A DNA stretch of 64,000 nt from an uncultured Streptococcus sp. (GTDB lineage Bacteria > Bacillota > Bacilli > Lactobacillales > Streptococcaceae): the NCBI GenBank assembly GCA_963522395.1, contig CAUQZY010000001.1, positions 6,973 to 70,972 of the forward strand, read 5' to 3'. This document shows, piece by piece, positions 19,752-27,868 of the stretch. The position numbers and the translations under genes are program-made. Positions within the stretch are counted from its first letter, which is position 1. Each line of letters begins with the position of its first letter. The notes beneath the pieces were generated by a model. The model worked only from the letters and a program-made list of their open reading frames with translations, had not been told where the DNA came from and ran no database searches.

Positions 19752-19926
19752 TTGACTTTTTTTTCCAAAACATTTACAATAAAGGTACGAAGTTTAGTGT
19801 AGTTTTGGCAATCAGCCCTCTGGTTGTCAGACGCACTTTTTATTAAATTTTCAAAGATCGTAATTTAGCCTTGAAGATAAGGTTATTCTTTTCAATCACT
19901 ATACAACCATAGGTTGTGAATGTCAA
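19752..19926. promoter_or_regulatory. Face-to-face promoter pair with a palindromic operator
   Basis: Rightward TTGACT-17-TACAAT (19752-19780); leftward TTGACA-17-TATAGT (19926-19898); ACAACC-ata-GGTTGT at 19903-19917. Confidence 0.65.
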
Positions 19927-19974
19927 TGCTTTTTTGAAAAAAAATTTAAAAATAATTTTTTAAGGGGAACGATA

Positions 19975-20316
19975 ATGGATCTTGCGGAACACCTTAAGAC
20001 TTTGAGAAAACAGGCTAAAATGACCCAAGCTCAAGTCGCAAAAGCTATCGAAATTTCGCAACAAGGATACGCTTATTGGGAGCAAGGTAAAAAACGTCCA
20101 AGTTATGACAATCTCGTGAAGATTGCCAAACTCTTTAATGTATCTGTCAATACATTGGTATCAAATGAAACCAATGATGATATTGATTTGTCAGAAGTAG
20201 AATTGCTCTTCAGAACCACATCCGACGGTATGAGCAATGAAGAAAAAGAAGTCTTCAAACAAGAGCTGCTTCAGTTTATGAAGGAGCGAAAGAAACTTTT
20301 TGATGGGGAAAAGTAA
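19975..20316 (+). CDS. XRE-family repressor (ImmR-like)
   Basis: LKTLRKQAKMTQAQVAKAIEISQQGYAYWEQGKKRP helix-turn-helix. Confidence 0.9.
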   Translation: MDLAEHLKTLRKQAKMTQAQVAKAIEISQQGYAYWEQGKKRPSYDNLVKIAKLFNVSVNTLVSNETNDDIDLSEVELLFRTTSDGMSNEEKEVFKQELLQFMKERKKLFDGEK

Positions 20317-21368
20317 TGAGACAAAGAGACAAAAGAAAACATACCTTCGTAGGAACGATTTTTCCTATTATATCTTTAATAATGATATTGGTAGTATTCG
20401 TTGTTGAGAAGCTTAATTTTTTATATTATAATCCATTACATTGGTTGATTTTGAACAATGTTTTAGTATTGATACTCAACAATAAAAAGGATAAGGCGGA
20501 AAAAACAGTTTCTGAGGAATTTAGATTTTTAAGGAAACAATTTACCCAAATTTTACACTTCATAGAATTTATAGGTTCAATCTTGATAATGGGGTGCATG
20601 ATTTTCTATGTAGTAAAAATAGATGAGAATTCTAAAAAAATTATACCTCTAATATTCACACTAATATTCCTAATCTTTTTGTTGTATAAGATTTTGGAAA
20701 CTGGAGTAACTGTTTTGGTTGCTAGTTTCAGTGAAAAGGTGTACGACTTTAAGTTTTTCAGTCGTTTTGGTTTAGTTGTTTTATTTATTGCTGTCTCGAT
20801 ATTACTCTTGCTTATCCTATCGGATAAGAGTATTTCTGAATTATTTTTTTCTGTTTTAATATACGTAATTGGGATGTGGTATCTATCTGAGGATAGGTAT
20901 GTAATTTTTAATCAAGTGTATCCTAGTTCAATCATAAAAAAGCAAGAATTATCTTTTTTAAGAACTTTATTGACAGTAGAGTTAATCTCATTTAGTATCA
21001 GTAAAGTTCTTATTGAAAATAATTGGTTTCCTACAAAACAGTTAGAAAATTTTTTTGAAAAAAATGAATATAAATTTGCTTTGGTTAATTTAAGCTTAAC
21101 TTCGATGGTATTTCTTTTTCTAATGATAATATTGGGTATGGTTTTAATTATTTTAAGAAAGAAACAAAACCAATGCGATGAAGAAGCTAGTAGTGAAACT
21201 GAGTTGGGGAATATCACAGATACTGAAGAAGAAAAAGTGAAGCGGGTATCTTTAGTGATTGTAAGTAATAGAAAATACAGACAAAAGAAACATAAAAAGT
21301 ATCATAGGGTATATGTGTATAATAAGAAAAGGGATAAAAGCTTGTTATGCAAACTTTTTAAATCTTAA
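20316..21368 (+). CDS. Hypothetical multi-pass membrane protein
   Basis: 350 aa with many hydrophobic segments and a charged C-terminal tail; TAATG overlap with the repressor stop. Confidence 0.72.
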   Translation: MRQRDKRKHTFVGTIFPIISLIMILVVFVVEKLNFLYYNPLHWLILNNVLVLILNNKKDKAEKTVSEEFRFLRKQFTQILHFIEFIGSILIMGCMIFYVVKIDENSKKIIPLIFTLIFLIFLLYKILETGVTVLVASFSEKVYDFKFFSRFGLVVLFIAVSILLLLILSDKSISELFFSVLIYVIGMWYLSEDRYVIFNQVYPSSIIKKQELSFLRTLLTVELISFSISKVLIENNWFPTKQLENFFEKNEYKFALVNLSLTSMVFLFLMIILGMVLIILRKKQNQCDEEASSETELGNITDTEEEKVKRVSLVIVSNRKYRQKKHKKYHRVYVYNKKRDKSLLCKLFKS

Positions 21369-21445
21369 TTTCCAGTGGACAATCGTCCACTTTTTCTATA
21401 TAATCATTGTTAGTTTATAAAACAACAAAACTTCAAGGAGGTATT

Positions 21446-21703
21446 ATGGATACACAATACAGCCAAATTAAGAAAATTGCAAACCATTATCTTTACAAGT
21501 ATATTAAAGAAAACGACTCTTCTCTTTTAGGTTATGACTTTGAGGGATTCTTCAATCATATGATTAAGAGTCACAATATCAAGGTTATGGAACATCATTT
21601 TTCCAGTCGTAAGATTGAGGGACTGACCTTGATTGATGAGAGTGGTGTTTCTTTTTCCTATGAAAAGGAAAATACGCAAGTAAAACAGAACTTTACCAAT
21701 TAA
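21446..21703 (+). pseudogene. Truncated ImmA/IrrE (DUF955) metallopeptidase
   Basis: IEGLTLID...SFSYEKEN..VKQNFT then a stop, just before the expected HExxH motif; AGGAGG RBS; TGGACA-17-TATAAT promoter at 21376-21404. Confidence 0.7.
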
Positions 21704-21801
21704 CTGATTCCGTCACTATGATAATATGATGCCTCTAGTTAACAATATGTGTGATATAATTAACCCGATACTTAAACTTTTTATATGGTGGTGATTATTT
21801 A

Positions 21802-22575
21802 ATGACTTCGACTAAAACAGTATGTAAATTATGTCATAAGCTATTCAATGACGATGAGATGATTAGGGAACATTACCCTGCTAAAAGTGTTGGAAATGAA
21901 GATATTGTGTCGTTAGACATAGTTAAAATGATAGATACTTTTCATCCTAATCAATTAGAAAAAATTAAATTGAGGATGTCAAAAGGTGAAAGTTTAGAAC
22001 ATATTTGTGCGGATATTTTTGATAATGAATTAGCTTCTCAATTATATGTAGAGGGGCGTACAGCAAAAACTTTGTGTAGAAAATGTAACACATTTTTAGG
22101 TAAATATGATGAAGCTTATTTGAAATTTTTTTCTCATAATGGAGATGAGAAGGCTATTAAAGGGTTTAACATAAATACAAAACTGAAAATTATAAAATCT
22201 ATTTTTGGTAAATTTCTCTCTATTCCAGAAGCTATAAAAGAAGAATTTGATTTTCTTGACTTTCTTAATAATGAAAATGCAGAAGAGTATAATGGGAAAT
22301 GGAAATTGTATTTTGTTAAAAGGGATTTTTCTAGTGATATTATGGGATTAAAAGATATAGATACTGGGAAAATTGAATTCGATGAAGGAATAGTATATGA
22401 ACTATCAGATGATAAGTTTATATTTAATCTTATGAATTTTGAGAAACATACATGTTTTGAAATGAATGATATTTTTGACATACTTGATAAAGATTATAAA
22501 CTAATAAAAGGGGTTGGAAGTGATGGTGGCTTACCACGCACAAATGCTACTATCTCGTTTACTAGAAGATATTGA
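21802..22575 (+). CDS. Putative Zn-binding HNH-type endonuclease
   Basis: CKLC...REHYP...LCRKCNTFLGKYD pattern; extended -10 TGaTATAAT at 21752-21760. Confidence 0.6.
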   Translation: MTSTKTVCKLCHKLFNDDEMIREHYPAKSVGNEDIVSLDIVKMIDTFHPNQLEKIKLRMSKGESLEHICADIFDNELASQLYVEGRTAKTLCRKCNTFLGKYDEAYLKFFSHNGDEKAIKGFNINTKLKIIKSIFGKFLSIPEAIKEEFDFLDFLNNENAEEYNGKWKLYFVKRDFSSDIMGLKDIDTGKIEFDEGIVYELSDDKFIFNLMNFEKHTCFEMNDIFDILDKDYKLIKGVGSDGGLPRTNATISFTRRY

Positions 22576-22643
22576 CTGATTTGTCAATTAAACCAATCAA
22601 TAGTTTAAAAGCAAGGTGTGGTTTTAACAGAAGGAAGATAAAT

Positions 22644-23420
22644 ATGAAACATTTAGTAATTGTTGGGCATCCTAAAAGGCAGTCTGAAGAAATAAATATC
22701 TCTCATAAGAAGTATAAAATTAGTTTTGATAGAATTAAACAAAAAGAGAAAAATGAAGATCCCTTTATTTGGAACGACAACTTCTTTTATACATTTTGTC
22801 ATACAAATGATTCCTTGAGTCAAGATGTTAGAGACTGGATTAAAGCAGGAGAAGATGTTTATTTTATATTTGTATCTAAGATTCAAGAGAATGATAATAA
22901 CGATATTCTAGAGATTGACACCATTATAAAAGCGAAAGAATTATATGAATGGCCGGAAAAAGGACAAAGAGATAAAGAATCACTTCCGAAAATATTTAAA
23001 GACGAAATAAAAACGTATCATTTGCCAAGTAGTGATAATGGAAACTTGACTGAACATAATAAAATAAAGCTATTTACCTGTATAGGTGATGAAGAAGAAT
23101 CATTTTTACCGATGGAGAAAAATAAGGGAGAAGTTGTAGATTCATATAAACCGTATACATTAGATATAGAAATTTCTAAAGAACTTCTACAGTTAATAAC
23201 CGTTGAAAATAACAGTGCATACTATGTCGTCAAACAAACAACTCCCAGATTAAAAGATAATCAAAAGCAAGAAATATTTAAGAAGGTATCAAATAAAATT
23301 TTTGAAATAATAGAAAAATGTAAACAAGACAGAACTGCACATCTAAAAGGTAAACAGATAAAAAAATATTATTTAGACTTTAGAAAAGAGGATAATGATA
23401 AAGAAAAAGGTAAAGTGTGA
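22644..23420 (+). CDS. Hypothetical protein (possible nucleotide-modification-associated/PUA-like fold)
   Basis: 258 aa from the ATG after AAGGAAG; EDPF...FYTFCH...R..IKAGEDVYFIF motif. Confidence 0.6.
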   Translation: MKHLVIVGHPKRQSEEINISHKKYKISFDRIKQKEKNEDPFIWNDNFFYTFCHTNDSLSQDVRDWIKAGEDVYFIFVSKIQENDNNDILEIDTIIKAKELYEWPEKGQRDKESLPKIFKDEIKTYHLPSSDNGNLTEHNKIKLFTCIGDEEESFLPMEKNKGEVVDSYKPYTLDIEISKELLQLITVENNSAYYVVKQTTPRLKDNQKQEIFKKVSNKIFEIIEKCKQDRTAHLKGKQIKKYYLDFRKEDNDKEKGKV

Positions 23421-23593
23421 AAATAAAACAGATTTCATTTAGTTAAAGACTTAATTTTTCTTTATTCTTGAACAGATATTATTTTACAGCAACTAACTTT
23501 CAGGAAAATAGTTGTTTTTCGGAAAGTCAAGGTTTTGTTATTATTTATGATATACTGGTACTGTAATTATATCCTTTAGATGAGGTGAAATTC

Positions 23594-24502
23594 ATGGATT
23601 ATGTAGCTAGATTACATTTGAAGACTGGGACTGATTGCAGGCAGGGATTGGTAGATTTCTGTTTAAATAGAAAAAAACAGTATGTTGCTATTGGGTGGAG
23701 TAGTCAAAGTGAAGATCTCTACCGCGAGAGCTTTCAAGAGTATTATTACAGGGTTAAAGAGTTGTCTGGAAGAGCTAATCCAGCAATTAACGTTTTTAGG
23801 GATGCTAAAGTAGACGATTTATTCTGGACACGAGATCTAGATGGTAATTACTGGATTTGTAGAGTTATATCTCCTGTTGAAGTAGTATGTGATAAACGAC
23901 TGGATATCGGAGCAGTCTTACCAGTTGAAGCTTATAATTTTGGGATGCAAGTGTCTGGCCAAATTAAATCGTCTTTCAATAGACCACGAGGTGGCACTGT
24001 TGAAAGAATTCGTGATGAAATAATCATTGAGTATTCAAAAACAATTTTTAATCAATTATCAAGCAGTAAATATTATAAGGTTACTCCACAAGAGGGTAAT
24101 CTTTTAGATAATCTACCAGATTTTGATTTAGAGGAGCTTGTAATATCTTATTTACAAATAAAAGAAAACTACTATGTTTTATCTAATTCAATAGCAAATA
24201 AATCCACTACAATTAAGATTGAGTGTGAGATGATTTCGAGAGATGTTGATAATCCTCGAAAAGCGGTGCTTCAAGTAAAGGGGAAAAAAGCCAAAGAACT
24301 TGATACTTTAGAATTCAATCAATATGTTGAAGATGGGTATATAGTATATCTTTATGCACCTAAAATAATTAATCTAAATCGGATTGACAATGTGGTTCGA
24401 ATAGCTAATGATGATCTATTAGATTTTTACAAGAAAAATAAACCCATACTCCCATTATCAATTACTCAGTGGGAAACTCTATTCAAGGGTAATAACGTTT
24501 AA
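23594..24502 (+). CDS. Putative modification-dependent restriction endonuclease (PUA/EVE-like N-terminus plus Mrr-like catalytic domain)
   Basis: VAIGW...F...KVDDLFW...YWICRV N-terminus; LPDFDLEELVISYL...ECE...AVLQVK C-terminus; GAGGTG RBS; TGaTATACT at 23548-23556. Confidence 0.6.
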   Translation: MDYVARLHLKTGTDCRQGLVDFCLNRKKQYVAIGWSSQSEDLYRESFQEYYYRVKELSGRANPAINVFRDAKVDDLFWTRDLDGNYWICRVISPVEVVCDKRLDIGAVLPVEAYNFGMQVSGQIKSSFNRPRGGTVERIRDEIIIEYSKTIFNQLSSSKYYKVTPQEGNLLDNLPDFDLEELVISYLQIKENYYVLSNSIANKSTTIKIECEMISRDVDNPRKAVLQVKGKKAKELDTLEFNQYVEDGYIVYLYAPKIINLNRIDNVVRIANDDLLDFYKKNKPILPLSITQWETLFKGNNV

Positions 24503-24629
24503 GTTATTTAGTTGAAATTTCCCTCATTCAATAAAACTTATATAAATTTTTTGAAATAAAAAGTCAGTTGAAAACTATAGAATATTGATATTAAGATATT
24601 TTGAAATCAACTAAATCAAAACCTTATCA

Positions 24630-24679
24630 AACTAGGTCTTAAAAAAGCTCGTAAAGCTTCACAATTTAGTAAACGTTAA
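24630..24679 (+). repeat. att site copy 3 (right junction; probably the original rpsI tail)
   Basis: aactaggtcttaaaaaagctcgtaaagc (2 mismatches to the 28-mer), then tail gct tca caa ttt agt aaa cgt taa. Confidence 0.88.
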
Positions 24680-24702
24680 TTCGAGAGAATTACTATACTT
24701 AC

Positions 24703-24730
24703 AAAGAGCACCTTTCGGGGTGTTCTTTTT
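24703..24730 (+). terminator. Probable original rplM-rpsI terminator, displaced by integration
   Basis: aaagagcacc-tttcgg-ggtgttcttt hairpin with a T run. Confidence 0.75.
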
Positions 24731-24918
24731 GTACTTTCTTAATAAATTGGTGCAATTGACACAGTTGTTGCGACTTGAGTCGCTTATGAAGTTAAGTTTT
24801 TACTCAGAATCATTAGTTAAAAAGGAAAAAGAACGAGTTTTATATTTGGATTTGAAGCTTATAAAATTTTTAAAAGCTACATAGAAACATGGTATAATGT
24901 AACTAAAGGAGGTAGCAT

Positions 24919-25098
24919 ATGTCCTTAGATATAGATAAAGAAAAGATGACAATCATGGGAGTAGCTTTTGAAAACCGCTCCGTTTTTAAGAGTGTTTGGT
25001 ATGCTTTAAGTACAAATATGATTGAAGGATGGCGACCTACGGTTATTGATGTTGAAACACTGCGAGATGAAGCTCTTGCTCTGGGGATAACTCTTTAA
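24919..25098 (+). CDS. 59-aa VbhA-like (Fic-inhibitor) small protein
   Basis: AAAGGAGG RBS; TGgTATAAT at 24890-24898; MSLDIDKEKMTIMGVAFENRSVFKSVWYALSTNMIEGWRPT... contains TxxxEG. Confidence 0.65.
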   Translation: MSLDIDKEKMTIMGVAFENRSVFKSVWYALSTNMIEGWRPTVIDVETLRDEALALGITL

Positions 25099-25260
25099 TA
25101 ACATCTTGGTTTGTTAAAAGATATTTTGTCCACTACATTTTTTCAATTGAGTATCATTTGTTATAGATATAACAGATAGAACATTGCATTCAGAATAACG
25201 AAAAACGCATCAAAAATGGTGCGTTCTGTTTTTATGCTACCATAAAAGGAGGGAAACAAA

Positions 25261-27474
25261 TTGAAAATTTTTAAGGTAGAGTTTTATCGAATCTCTGTAT
25301 TAACAGACAAGCTAGTAAGGCTAGAATACTCTCAAACTGGAAATTTTGAGGATAGAACTACACAACTTATCTACAATAGAGATTTTGGCCAAGTTTCGTT
25401 AAATCATATAGAGACACCAAACGTACTAGATATTATGACGGACTATTTTCATTTGCACTTTAATAAAGGAGAATTTAACGCCGAAAATTTATTTATAGAA
25501 TTAAAAGGAAATTTTGCCGTATATGGTAGTCGCTGGTATTTTGGTGAATCTATTGAAACGTTAAAAGGAACAGCTCGGACTCTGGATAAGGCAGATGGAG
25601 CAATCTCGTTAGAAGATGGAATTATTAGCCGAAATGGTATAGCCTTATTGGATGATTCTCAAGGATTTATTTGGGATGAACAGTCTGGTTATATTGAGAG
25701 AGAAAATCAAATTGACCTGTATTTCTTTGCCTATGGGCATGATTATAGAGGAGCAATCAGAGACTTTTACCATTTGACTGGTTCAACACCCTTGTTGCCA
25801 AGATATGCTTTAGGTAATTGGTGGAGTAGGTATTGGCCTTATACGTCGGATGAATACTTGGATTTAATAGATAGATTTGAAACAGAGAAAATTCCATTAT
25901 CTATCGGTGTTTTAGATATGGATTGGCATATAACTGACATTCCAGCTCGTTTTGGAAGTGGCTGGACAGGATATAGTTGGAATAGAAACTTAATACCTAA
26001 TCCAGAACAGTTATTGCAACAACTTCATGATAGAAAGTTAAAACTCTCCTTAAATGTCCATCCTGCTGATGGTATACGGGCTTATGAAGAAGCTTATCCT
26101 CGAGTTGCAAAACGATTAGGGTTAAATGTAGAATTAGAAGAACCTGCTATTTTTGATTTTTTTAATCCATCTTTTAGGGAAGCCTACTTTAAAGATGTTC
26201 ATTATGAGCTAGAAAAGCAGGGAGTAGATTTTTGGTGGATTGACTGGCAACAAGGGACACAAGGTATGCTAGATCCACTATGGCTTTTAAACCATTATCA
26301 CTATCAGGATAGTTGTAAAAATGCAGAAGGTGGTTTGATTTTATCAAGATATGCAGGTCCTGGTAGTCACCGCTACCCTGTTGGTTTTTCAGGGGATACT
26401 ATTATTAGTTGGAATTCCTTAAGATTTCAACCTTATTTTACAGCGACAGCATCTAATATCGGTTATAGTTGGTGGAGTCATGATATCGGTGGACACATGC
26501 TGGGGGATTATGACGAAGAGCTACAAACCAGATGGCTACAGTTTGGCGTTTTTAGTCCGATTACTCGATTACATAGTTCTAGAAGTCCCTTTAATAGTAA
26601 AGAACCTTGGTTTTTTTCAGAAACAACATCTAAGATTATGAAGAAATACCTTCGTTTGAGACATCAGATGATTCCATATCTATATACCATGAATGTACAG
26701 ACACACGAGGAAGGTGCCCCATTAATCAGCCCAATGTATTATTTCTACCCAGAGAATGATGAGAGCTATAATGTTCCAAATCAATACTTTTTTGGAACAG
26801 AACTGATGGTGGCTCCCATTGTAGAAAAGATGGATTTGGCATTCCAATCTGCAAAAGTGGATGTATGGTTCCCTGAAGGTGAATGGTATGACTTCTTTTC
26901 AGAGAAAAAATATACAGGTGGTGTGAAGTTGAGTGTTTATAGAGACATTTCGACTATACCTGTGTTTGCAAAAAGTGGTGCAATCATTCCTTTGGTTGGT
27001 TCTGAGATAGATATGGGTGTTGATTTACCTGAAGTTGTAGATTGGTATGTATTCCCAGGAAAACAACATTCTTTTGAAATGATTGAAGATCAAAATGGTC
27101 AAAGATATAAAACAAGATTATCAATCGACTGGGAAATGGGGATGGTAGAGTTAACATTACAAGGAGATTCTAGTATCGTTCCAAGCAATAGAAGGCATAG
27201 AATTCATTTTAAAGGAACGAATGTGTCTATAATTGAATTGCCAAATAAGAATGATACAGCTAGATTTGAATGGAAAGATCATAAAAGGACATCCCTAAAT
27301 GATGAAGTTTTTAGACTACTAAAGACGGCTTCTCTTCCATATGAATTAAAAGATAGATTGTTAAATCAATTCATCAATGCCAAAAATTCTCATGACTTAA
27401 TGAATATCTTGCATCATCAGGATAAGGAATTGAGAGGGCGTTTATTGGAAATGATATTTACTAGCCAAAACTAA
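25261..27474 (+). CDS. Glycoside hydrolase family 31 (alpha-glucosidase/xylosidase-like)
   Basis: LDMDWH, WWIDWQQG, FSGD and HDIGG motifs; TTG start after a GGGAGGG RBS. Confidence 0.9.
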   Translation: MKIFKVEFYRISVLTDKLVRLEYSQTGNFEDRTTQLIYNRDFGQVSLNHIETPNVLDIMTDYFHLHFNKGEFNAENLFIELKGNFAVYGSRWYFGESIETLKGTARTLDKADGAISLEDGIISRNGIALLDDSQGFIWDEQSGYIERENQIDLYFFAYGHDYRGAIRDFYHLTGSTPLLPRYALGNWWSRYWPYTSDEYLDLIDRFETEKIPLSIGVLDMDWHITDIPARFGSGWTGYSWNRNLIPNPEQLLQQLHDRKLKLSLNVHPADGIRAYEEAYPRVAKRLGLNVELEEPAIFDFFNPSFREAYFKDVHYELEKQGVDFWWIDWQQGTQGMLDPLWLLNHYHYQDSCKNAEGGLILSRYAGPGSHRYPVGFSGDTIISWNSLRFQPYFTATASNIGYSWWSHDIGGHMLGDYDEELQTRWLQFGVFSPITRLHSSRSPFNSKEPWFFSETTSKIMKKYLRLRHQMIPYLYTMNVQTHEEGAPLISPMYYFYPENDESYNVPNQYFFGTELMVAPIVEKMDLAFQSAKVDVWFPEGEWYDFFSEKKYTGGVKLSVYRDISTIPVFAKSGAIIPLVGSEIDMGVDLPEVVDWYVFPGKQHSFEMIEDQNGQRYKTRLSIDWEMGMVELTLQGDSSIVPSNRRHRIHFKGTNVSIIELPNKNDTARFEWKDHKRTSLNDEVFRLLKTASLPYELKDRLLNQFINAKNSHDLMNILHHQDKELRGRLLEMIFTSQN

Positions 27475-27774
27475 TTGAGACATTTCGTACACAATTTCTA
27501 TTCTTTGATTGCTAATTATTTATTTTTTAATGTGTAATAGTTTTACATCTCTATGCTTATTGACTTGTATTTTAGTAATTACAAGTTTGACATAGGGATG
27601 TTTTTGTTTACTGAAGAGGAAAGGATAAGTATGTTTCAAGGTTTGAAACATTTTTAAACTAAACAAGAGCAAATTTTTAAAGGTGATTTCTCAAAGTAAC
27701 TTCCACTTGCCTGACCGAAGTGGAAGTTAGTCTGAAATGGATTTTTATGATGGAATTAAGTATGAGACGTGTGA

Positions 27775-27839
27775 TTTTTTCAGAAAATTTTCTAAAAAAA
27801 CATAATTTGTTTGACATTCGTTTGAAAATTCTGTAAAAT
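27775..27839 (+). promoter_or_regulatory. dtpT promoter with CodY-like boxes
   Basis: TTTTTTCAGAAAATT (2 mismatches to AATTTTCWGAAAATT) and an overlapping second copy; TTGACA-17-TAAAAT at 27811-27839. Confidence 0.68.
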
Positions 27840-27868
27840 AAGTTATTATATTTTTAAGGAGAATATGT

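Larger units (their letters stand above)
18555..24657. mobile_element. Decayed integrative element (CIME-like) accreted in tandem, carrying AT-rich cargo
   Basis: Bounded by att copies 2 and 3; integrase reduced to a 35-codon remnant, truncated ImmA-like gene, intact XRE gene and cargo ORFs. Confidence 0.82.

Noticed and set aside
19446..19846. Three overlapping short ORFs in the element-2 intergenic region
   Set aside because: No convincing RBS or recognisable motifs; they overlap promoters and hairpins, so a regulatory leader explains the region better.
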